Origin: Candidatus Izemoplasma sp.
GTDB lineage: Bacteria > Bacillota_I > Bacilli_A > Izemoplasmatales > Izemoplasmataceae
DNA: 27,477 bases
Direction: 5' to 3'
Assembly: GCA_007116105.1 (NCBI GenBank)
Contig: SKJA01000163.1
Coordinates: forward strand, 1-27,477
Below are positions 21,162 to 27,477 of the stretch, one piece after another; position 1 is the first letter of the stretch, and every line of letters begins with the position of its first letter. The translations under genes were made by a program, and so were the position numbers. The notes below the pieces were generated by a model. The model worked only from the letters and a program-made list of their open reading frames with translations. It searched no databases and was not told where the DNA came from.

Positions 21162-21186
21162 ATTTTATCATGAATTTTGATAAAAT
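21162..21186. promoter_or_regulatory. Palindromic bidirectional extended -10 (rnhC / mutS2)
   Basis: ATTTTATCA-tgaattt-TGATAAAAT; each arm reads TG-A-TAAAAT on its own strand, pointing at its gene's SD. Confidence 0.6.
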
Positions 21187-21210
21187 TAAAGATAGGAAAG
21201 AGGAGAAAGC

Positions 21211-23526
21211 ATGTTTGATATAAAAATACTTGAATTTGATAAGATTCTATCCTATGTTGCTCGATTAGCCCAAACCGACTTGGCTGAAAAGGCGATTTTA
21301 CAGACAAAAATCTCTACCTTAGCCTCCCATCTTGAGCAAACGCTTGAACGTGTCGACGAACTGCGCTTGGCCGAGCACTATGACCGCCGGTTCGATTTTA
21401 GTGGTGCCCACGATTTAACTTCTTTAATCAAAGATGTGCGGCTTCAGCGTCGTCTAGATGCGAAAGCTATGGTGTCAGTCAGTCAAACGCTCACCGCGGT
21501 TAACCGGGTAAAAAAACAAGCCCTGCGTTTAAGTGAAATTCTTGAACGTGATTTAAGTGTGTCTTTACTCGCGGCCCCTTTAGAGGCCATCCCGACATTA
21601 AAACACTATATTGATGCCCGCGTCGATGGGCAAGGCGAGATCAAAGATGAAGCTTCGATGACGCTTAAGACCGTGCGTCATAAGCACGCACAACTGCAAA
21701 AGAAAATCAAAGAAACACTTGACGGGTTGATGCGCAGTGAAGCGTCTAAGCTTACCGAAAGCCTATACACTCTGCGTTATGATCGTTATGTACTCCCCGT
21801 AAAACCAAGCGATAAAAACAGCGTAAAAGGCGCCATCGTCGATTACTCTCAAAGTGGTGAAACGGTCTACATTGAACCGGCCATCATGGCTCAACTGATT
21901 GCTCAAAGAAGACTTCTTGAGCAACAAGAGCTCGATGAAATTGAGCGTATTCTATGGGAAATGACCGGTGTGATTGACGAGCACAAGGACGTGCTTGAGC
22001 ACAATCAGTCCATTCTCACAGAACTTGACGTCTTAATGGCAAAAGGCATTTATGCTGAACAACTCAACGCTTCGAAACCACGCGTGAGTCAAGAACTCAA
22101 ACTCATCCGTGCTCGTCATCCTTTGTTACCACCGCATGACGTGGTTGCCAACACCATTCACCTGGCCCCACCGCATAAAATGATGGTCATCACAGGTTCA
22201 AACACCGGTGGTAAAACGGTTTTGCTCAAAACTGTGGGTCTGTTGGCCTTGATGCATCAAGCAGGGATGTTGATACCGGTTGATGAGGATAGTTCACTGC
22301 CGATTTTTAACGCCATCCGTGCAGACATTGGAGACGAACAAAGCATCGAGCAATCACTGTCAACCTTCTCCTCCCACCTCACCCATCTGATTGACATTGA
22401 GGCATCCGCGAAAGAGCAAGCGTTAATTCTGTTAGATGAAGTCGGTTCAGGCACCGACCCTCAAGAAGGGGCCGCGTTGGCGATGAGTTATTTGGATAGG
22501 TTGTTGACACGAGATGTTCTCGTGTTTGCCTCAACACACTATCCAGAACTTAAAGCCTTTGCCTATGACCGAGAAGCTGTGATGAATGCATCCGTAGCTT
22601 TCGATGTGGAGACACTCAAACCGACGTACAGACTCTTAATGCACACACCGGGAACCTCACACGCATTTCTAATCAGTGAGCGCCTAGGGCTACCTAAGGC
22701 GATCATCGAAGAAGCCAAAACCATTTACGAAAACACGCAAAGCGCCTCATCGAACATGATTCAAGTCTTGCACGATGAAAGTGTCCGTCTCGATCAGCTG
22801 ATGCAAACGTATCATGAGAAAGTCAAACACATACAGCAACAAGAACACGAGCTCACCAAACAGCTTAAAGCACTTCATGAAGAAAAAAATAGCTTCAAAG
22901 AACGACTGAATGCCAAGCAACATCAAGAGCTTAAGCAAATGCGAGAAGACATGGAAGCGTTCATCGAGTCACTAGAAGCTAAAATGGATGAACGCAGTAA
23001 ACTACCACTGTTAGCTGAAGCTAAACAAGGACTCTCAAAACTCGCCCCCAGTGTGGAAGAAGACATTCAATCACAACCTCACAACTATGCGCCAGGCGAT
23101 CGTGTGTTGGTACACAAATACAACCGTGAGGGGGACTTGGTCAAAACCTTAAAAGGGTCTTTGTGGCAAGTGAAACTGGGAGCTTTGACCATCAACTTAC
23201 ACGAGCATGAGTTTACCTTTATTGACTCACCCAAACACGCTAAGCAAAAGATTGCTTCCCACACACCCACCAAGCGTGTCGCCATGCAATGCGATTTGCG
23301 AGGTCTAAGACTGCATGAAGCTGAAGAAATGCTGGAAAAATATCTTGATGATTGTGCTGTTGCAGACGTGCCGTTCGCGACAATTGTCCATGGTTTTGGG
23401 ACTTTAGCAATCCGCAACATGGTCAAACTTCGGCTGAAAGATCATCCATTGGTGCTAAGACACCGCGATGGGTTTATGAACGAGGGTGGACAAGGGGCAA
23501 CCATTGTTTACTTTAAAGAAACGTAA
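21211..23526 (+). CDS. mutS2: Endonuclease/ribosome-splitting ATPase MutS2
   Basis: LEFDKIL N-terminus; SGETVYIEP; ITGSNTGGKT; DIGDEQSIEQSLSTFSSH; LLDEVGSGTDPQEG; STHY; coiled coil; KOW-like GDRV; SMR domain DLRG...IVHGFGT...GGQGATIV. Confidence 0.96.
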   Translation: MFDIKILEFDKILSYVARLAQTDLAEKAILQTKISTLASHLEQTLERVDELRLAEHYDRRFDFSGAHDLTSLIKDVRLQRRLDAKAMVSVSQTLTAVNRVKKQALRLSEILERDLSVSLLAAPLEAIPTLKHYIDARVDGQGEIKDEASMTLKTVRHKHAQLQKKIKETLDGLMRSEASKLTESLYTLRYDRYVLPVKPSDKNSVKGAIVDYSQSGETVYIEPAIMAQLIAQRRLLEQQELDEIERILWEMTGVIDEHKDVLEHNQSILTELDVLMAKGIYAEQLNASKPRVSQELKLIRARHPLLPPHDVVANTIHLAPPHKMMVITGSNTGGKTVLLKTVGLLALMHQAGMLIPVDEDSSLPIFNAIRADIGDEQSIEQSLSTFSSHLTHLIDIEASAKEQALILLDEVGSGTDPQEGAALAMSYLDRLLTRDVLVFASTHYPELKAFAYDREAVMNASVAFDVETLKPTYRLLMHTPGTSHAFLISERLGLPKAIIEEAKTIYENTQSASSNMIQVLHDESVRLDQLMQTYHEKVKHIQQQEHELTKQLKALHEEKNSFKERLNAKQHQELKQMREDMEAFIESLEAKMDERSKLPLLAEAKQGLSKLAPSVEEDIQSQPHNYAPGDRVLVHKYNREGDLVKTLKGSLWQVKLGALTINLHEHEFTFIDSPKHAKQKIASHTPTKRVAMQCDLRGLRLHEAEEMLEKYLDDCAVADVPFATIVHGFGTLAIRNMVKLRLKDHPLVLRHRDGFMNEGGQGATIVYFKET

Positions 23527-23552
23527 CACTTGACAAGAGCAACGCGAAATGT

Positions 23553-23581
23553 TTGAATATATGAGTCAATAACTATATAAT
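23553..23581 (+). promoter_or_regulatory. trxA promoter
   Basis: TTGAAT (23553-23558), 17-bp spacer, TATAAT (23576-23581). Confidence 0.65.
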
Positions 23582-23607
23582 GAATATAGCAAAAGGAGGT
23601 TTTGATT

Positions 23608-23916
23608 ATGGCAGTAGTATACGCAGATTCAACAAACTTAGAAGAACAAGTCAAAGACGGAATTGTCATCTTAGATTTTTACGCAGATTGGTGTGGCCCA
23701 TGCAAAATGATTGGCCCAGTGCTCGAGCAAGTCGCCAACGAAAACAGCGACGTTAAAGTGGTTAAAGTGAACGTCGATGAGAACATCGGACTTGCACAAC
23801 AATATGGTGTTCAAGGCATTCCTGCATTGTTTGTTTTAAAACAAGGTAAAGTCGTTGCTCAAAAAGCAGGCTTTATGCCCAAAGATGCCATCGTAAAATG
23901 GGTTCGTAGCGCCTAG
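23608..23916 (+). CDS. trxA: Thioredoxin
   Basis: DFYADWCGPCKM...GVQGIP; AAGGAGG SD 8 nt before ATG 23608. Confidence 0.97.
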   Translation: MAVVYADSTNLEEQVKDGIVILDFYADWCGPCKMIGPVLEQVANENSDVKVVKVNVDENIGLAQQYGVQGIPALFVLKQGKVVAQKAGFMPKDAIVKWVRSA

Positions 23917-23926
23917 TTAAAACAAT

Positions 23927-23955
23927 GCACCGGCTTTCGCCGGTGCTGTTTTTTT
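23927..23955 (+). terminator. Intrinsic terminator of mutS2-trxA
   Basis: GCACCGGC-tttc-GCCGGTGC then TGTTTTTTT. Confidence 0.92.
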
Positions 23956-23957
23956 AT

Positions 23958-23986
23958 GTGACAGAGCCTTTTAGATGCAGTATAAT
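23958..23986 (+). promoter_or_regulatory. truB-ribF promoter
   Basis: GTGACA, 17-bp spacer, TATAAT. Confidence 0.7.
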
Positions 23987-24001
23987 AACATAGGTGATGA
24001 C

Positions 24002-24847
24002 ATGAATGGTATCGTATTGGTCAATAAACCGTGTGGCCTTACCAGCCACGATGTAGTCTATCGTTTACGGAAGCAGTTACAAACCAAAAAAATCGGTCAT
24101 GCGGGCACTTTGGATCCCGATGCTGAAGGTCTTTTAGTGTGTGCTGTCAATCAAGGCACACGGTGTTTGAAGTACTTTGAAGAGGGACTCAAACATTATC
24201 AATTCGGGGTTCGCTTTGGGGTTTTAACGGACACACTTGATCATACGGGTCAAATACTCGAATCCCCACCGATGCCTACGTTGCCTCATCAGTTCGACCT
24301 AACGGCATTTGAGGGTGTTTATCCGCAAACGCCCCCAGCTTATTCCGCTGTGAAAGTTGCAGGCAAGAAACTGTATCAGTACGCGCGTGAAGGTCAAGCG
24401 ATTCCAGTGGTTGAACCACGCCTGATCACCGTACATCAGTTCAATCAACTCAGTGGGTTAAGCGACACGTTTGAAGCCGAGTTCGAGGTCCTCTCAAGTA
24501 AAGGACTGTATGTGCGTCAGTTGGCACTCGACCTTGCCAAACGGTACGGAACTGTCGCCCACACGACCTACATCAAACGGTTGGGTGTGGGAAGCTTTAA
24601 GCTTGCGGATGCCACCGCATTAGAAGCCGTCAATGAAGAAGCCGTAATGTCTTTAGAACGCGCGCTTGCGTTTCTACCCGAACACCGCCTCTCCGAAGAA
24701 GAAGCGACCAAAGTAAAGCACGGCGTCGCGCTTCATCTCAACCGCGAAGAACCACGTCTGCGCCTTATGTATCAATCAAACGTCTACGCGATTTACGAAC
24801 GTCACGAATCCACACTGTATAAAGCGGATGTCGTGTTTCCAAGGTGA
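24002..24847 (+). CDS. truB: tRNA pseudouridine(55) synthase
   Basis: NKPCGLTSHDVV, KIGHAGTLDP, QTPPAYSAVKVAGKKLYQYAREG, SKGLYVR. Start at ATG 24002 (AGGTGA SD). Confidence 0.95.
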   Translation: MNGIVLVNKPCGLTSHDVVYRLRKQLQTKKIGHAGTLDPDAEGLLVCAVNQGTRCLKYFEEGLKHYQFGVRFGVLTDTLDHTGQILESPPMPTLPHQFDLTAFEGVYPQTPPAYSAVKVAGKKLYQYAREGQAIPVVEPRLITVHQFNQLSGLSDTFEAEFEVLSSKGLYVRQLALDLAKRYGTVAHTTYIKRLGVGSFKLADATALEAVNEEAVMSLERALAFLPEHRLSEEEATKVKHGVALHLNREEPRLRLMYQSNVYAIYERHESTLYKADVVFPR

Positions 24848-24851
24848 TTGT

Positions 24852-25790
24852 ATGCCACAAATTCGAACACTTACTCCTTATACCATTCAAGAGCCACTCA
24901 TCGCTGCGATGGGCTTTTTTGATGGCATCCACCTCGCCCATCAGGCGTTGATTCAAAAAACCATCAACTTAGGTAAAACGAAAAACCTTAAAACTGCCAT
25001 CATCACGTTTGATGTCCACCCAAAAACCATCATTTTTGGTCTCGAGTATCGATACATCACGCCTTTCCAGCATAAACTAGCGATGCTTGAGCGCTTCGAT
25101 GTGGATTATATTTATGTGATCAATTTTGATCATGCGATTGCAAAAAGTGATCCCCAACAGTTTATTGATGAGTACTTGACTGCAATTGACACACTGGTAT
25201 GTGGTTTTGATTTCAAATTTGGCTATCGCGGCAGTGGAAACGCCGCATTGTTAAAGCAACAAACACGCTTTGATACCGTGGTCATTGAGCAAATGCGTTA
25301 TGAACAAGCGAAAATTGGAAGCACCCATATTCGCGATTTGATTGAAGCCGGCTATGTCGACCAAATCCCTGCGACCTTGGGTCGTTTTTACAGCATTCGT
25401 GGTGAGGTCATTCATGGCGCTAAAAAAGGTCGTTTGATTGGTTATCCTACCGCAAACATTGATGTCGATCACTTTATGGTGCCAAAGACAGGTGTATACA
25501 TCACAAAAACTTGGCATCACAATCAATGGTACGATTCCATGACGAGCGTGGGCTATAACCCTACACTCAACCGACAAAAGCAAGTCAGTGTCGAAAGTTA
25601 CTTGTTTGACTTTGATCAAACCATCTACGGTGAAGTCATCGAGACTTACTTCATCCAACGTTTACGCGATGAACTTAAATTTGATGATGTCAGTGCGCTC
25701 ATTCGCCAAATCGACGAAGATGGCAGACGTAGTCAAGAATTCTTAAAAACTCATCAGTTTCACTTGCCATTTGATAAGACTATGCTATAA
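24852..25790 (+). CDS. ribF: Bifunctional riboflavin kinase / FAD synthetase
   Basis: GFFDGIHLAH, ITFDVHP, CGFDFKFG, GSTHIR, GRLIGYPTAN, SVGYNPT, VESYLFDF..IYGE, RLRDELKF. Start at ATG 24852 (AAGGTGA SD). Confidence 0.95.
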   Translation: MPQIRTLTPYTIQEPLIAAMGFFDGIHLAHQALIQKTINLGKTKNLKTAIITFDVHPKTIIFGLEYRYITPFQHKLAMLERFDVDYIYVINFDHAIAKSDPQQFIDEYLTAIDTLVCGFDFKFGYRGSGNAALLKQQTRFDTVVIEQMRYEQAKIGSTHIRDLIEAGYVDQIPATLGRFYSIRGEVIHGAKKGRLIGYPTANIDVDHFMVPKTGVYITKTWHHNQWYDSMTSVGYNPTLNRQKQVSVESYLFDFDQTIYGEVIETYFIQRLRDELKFDDVSALIRQIDEDGRRSQEFLKTHQFHLPFDKTML

Positions 25791-25791
25791 T
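25764..25791 (+). promoter_or_regulatory. rpsO promoter inside the 3' end of ribF
   Basis: TTGCCA, 16-bp spacer, TATAAT preceded by TG; the ribF TAA stop lies inside the -10. Confidence 0.65.
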
Positions 25792-25796
25792 ATCCT

Positions 25797-25875
25797 TGCG
25801 CCTTTTTCTTGGCTTAACGTACTCCAGCGTTTTGCGACGATTAAGGTAAGACAATGTTAAAAGGAGGAAAACACT
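25797..25875 (+). ncRNA. Probable S15 autoregulatory leader (Firmicutes rpsO leader-like)
   Basis: CTTGGCT followed by a small stem AACGT-actcc-AGCGTT and TGC, resembling the Bacillota rpsO leader as I recall it; it sits between the promoter and the rpsO SD. Confidence 0.55.
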
Positions 25876-26145
25876 ATGGCACTCACTAAGGAACAAAAAT
25901 TAGAAATCGTGGAAGCGTTTCGTACCAAAGAAGGCGACACGGGTTCTCCAGAAGTTCAAGTTGCGATTTTAACGAAAGAAATCAATGACTTAAACGCGCA
26001 TCTTAAACTGCACAAGCACGATCATCACTCACGCCGTGGTCTACTTAAAAAAGTTGGTCACCGTCGTAATTTGATGAAGTACTTAGCGAAAAAAGATGTT
26101 GAACGTTACCAAACGCTCGTTAAAAAGTTAGGATTACGTCGATAA
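25876..26145 (+). CDS. rpsO: 30S ribosomal protein S15
   Basis: [38 protein letters not shown]...LGLRR. Confidence 0.99.
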   Translation: MALTKEQKLEIVEAFRTKEGDTGSPEVQVAILTKEINDLNAHLKLHKHDHHSRRGLLKKVGHRRNLMKYLAKKDVERYQTLVKKLGLRR

Positions 26146-26150
26146 AAGAG

Positions 26151-26178
26151 AGAACTTCTTCAAAGAAGTTCTTTTTTT
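26151..26178 (+). terminator. Intrinsic terminator of rpsO
   Basis: AGAACTTCT-tca-AGAAGTTCT plus T run. Confidence 0.9.
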
Positions 26179-26207
26179 TGATATGATAAACCATAGGTGG
26201 TGATTGT

Positions 26208-27344
26208 ATGAATCTTCAATCTCGTAAAGTGAATTGGATGGTGAATTTAACCCTCGTCCTTTTAGCGTTGGGTGTTCTTTATCTAGTTCAAGCATTGTTT
26301 GGTGATTTCATTACGCGCTTCATGAATGCATTCAATGCGATTGTGTTGCCTTTTGCGATCGCGTTGTTCATTAGTTATTTGATTGCGCCCATCTTTAGAC
26401 TGTTAGAGCGTCGCTTGAAAAGTCGAAATCAACTCTTCAATACGGTCATTGTCTTTGCCTTGATTCTTGCAGCACTGGGAACGTTTAGCGTTTTTGCAGG
26501 TGCCATCATTTATGATCAAGCGTTGTCATTCATTGAGAATGATTGGCCGAATATAATCGAAACCTTTCGGACCTTTTTAGAAAACAACCCAAGGCTCTTA
26601 AATGCCTATGAGAGTTTCATCGCGTTTTTTGAGTTGGATCGTCTGCCGACCACCAGCATCAATTTTTTAGGCATCTTTCAAACGTTGACCAACATTATCA
26701 TTACGGTTGTGCTCGTTCCGGTGTTCTTGTTCTTTATTCTCAACGATCGAAAAAGAATTTACGATGGTTTATTGGTTTTGTTTCCGAAGAAATGGCGTCA
26801 TCACGTCATTGAATTGACACAACGAGCGCATCATGTGATTGAAACATATTTTAATGGCCGCTTTCTAACGATGGCGTTCATGGCAGTCATTTTCACCATT
26901 GCCTTTTTTATCTTTGGCTTTGGTGGACGCAGCATTCTTTTTGGCTTTATGATGGGCTTTTTTGATGTCGTCCCTTATGTGGGTCCATTCATTGCCATGG
27001 TCTTGCCGGTGCTCTTTAGTCTCACCGACGATTCTTTACTGTTTGGCAACTTTGCACCACTGGCGGTCATCATCATGGTGACGGTTGGTCAGCTCATTCA
27101 AAACAATGTTGCACAACCCATCATCATGGGAAAAGAGACTAAGCTACATCCATTACTCGTCTTGAGCTCGTTTGTGTTCTTCGGCTATTTGTACGGCGTG
27201 ATTGGGATTATTTTGGCCATTCCACTGACCGGTACCATTCGCTCAACCGTTGAATACATTCATGAGTTTAGACAAAAAAAGACGTTGGACAAAGATGACA
27301 AGAAGAAGATTAAGCAGATAAAAGAAGAGGTGACGTCTTCATGA
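26208..27344 (+). CDS. AI-2E (UPF0118/PerM) family membrane transporter
   Basis: PFAIALFISYLIAP...LE, VPVFLFFILND, YFNGR, FDVVPYVGP, IQNNVAQPIIMGKETKLHPL, GVIGIILAIPL. Confidence 0.92.
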   Translation: MNLQSRKVNWMVNLTLVLLALGVLYLVQALFGDFITRFMNAFNAIVLPFAIALFISYLIAPIFRLLERRLKSRNQLFNTVIVFALILAALGTFSVFAGAIIYDQALSFIENDWPNIIETFRTFLENNPRLLNAYESFIAFFELDRLPTTSINFLGIFQTLTNIIITVVLVPVFLFFILNDRKRIYDGLLVLFPKKWRHHVIELTQRAHHVIETYFNGRFLTMAFMAVIFTIAFFIFGFGGRSILFGFMMGFFDVVPYVGPFIAMVLPVLFSLTDDSLLFGNFAPLAVIIMVTVGQLIQNNVAQPIIMGKETKLHPLLVLSSFVFFGYLYGVIGIILAIPLTGTIRSTVEYIHEFRQKKTLDKDDKKKIKQIKEEVTSS

Positions 27345-27477
27345 CTTTAATGTCTTTTTTAGACACCATACATCCCATAGCACTTTACTTCATCATTTTT
27401 GTGGTTAAGATTTTTGAAGTTGCCATCTCGACGTTCCGGATTGTCATTGTGACCAAAGGTGAACGTCTAAAAGGCGC
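27341..27477 (+). CDS. DUF2179/DUF5698 (UPF0316)-type membrane protein, 3'-truncated by the window edge
   Basis: ATGA overlap with the AI-2E stop; reads MTLMSFLDTIHPIALYFIIFVVKIFEVAISTFRIVIVTKGERLKGA, open to the window end. Not in the supplied ORF track. Confidence 0.75.
   Translation, partial: MTLMSFLDTIHPIALYFIIFVVKIFEVAISTFRIVIVTKGERLKG

Noticed and set aside
23530-23535. Perfect TTGACA as the trxA -35
   Set aside because: No -10 at 16-18 bp; the TTGAAT/TATAAT pair downstream fits the spacing.
24852-24960. RibF HLAH (for HxGH) as an inactivated FAD synthetase
   Set aside because: Both His residues and the other motifs are intact; a single Gly-to-Ala change is not enough evidence.
916-25658. 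Short antisense or alternate-frame ORFs in the supplied track (e.g. 2426..2791, 5794..6129, 6992..7417, 13929..14219, 23085..23426, 25251..25658)
   Set aside because: They are nested in or opposite well-supported genes, with no SD or recognisable motifs; expected shadow ORFs.
4218-27344. UGA=Trp recoding (mycoplasma code 4) or selenocysteine
   Set aside because: TGA ends genes at family-typical lengths and forms ATGA overlaps (5156-5159, 19856-19859, 27341-27344); Trp is TGG.

Overview
Chromosomal core/metabolic region of a wall-less Bacilli (Mollicutes-like; Acholeplasmatales/Izemoplasmatales is my inference from gene content and style). It uses genetic code 11 (TGA is a stop, Trp is TGG). 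No mobile element, CRISPR array, tRNA or rRNA was seen. Gene order: two tandem surface glycerophosphodiester phosphodiesterases, an ABC-F ATPase, an orphan membrane protein, a five-gene Nqr/Rnf-type operon (nqrB/rnfD, nqrC/rnfG, nqrD, nqrE, nqrF-like; no nqrA/rnfC or rnfB), an orphan lipoprotein, a remodelled oppABCDF+DUF3899 operon, a convergent DUF2177-DUF1295 pair, DUF1576 plus a small partner, rnhC divergent from mutS2-trxA, truB-ribF-rpsO, an AI-2E family transporter and a truncated DUF2179/DUF5698-type gene. Main observations: (1) an NqrA-less complex intermediate between Rnf and Nqr, with altered NqrB motifs and no evident electron exit partner; (2) an OppA that appears circularly permuted and sits on an Ig-like domain plus (PD)7 stalk, paired with an OppC carrying a ~300-aa ectodomain; (3) near-total lysine depletion of all predicted extracellular domains, suggesting an alkaliphile; (4) a complex oppA control region and a palindromic bidirectional promoter between rnhC and mutS2. 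All family assignments come from motif recognition by eye; no database search was run.
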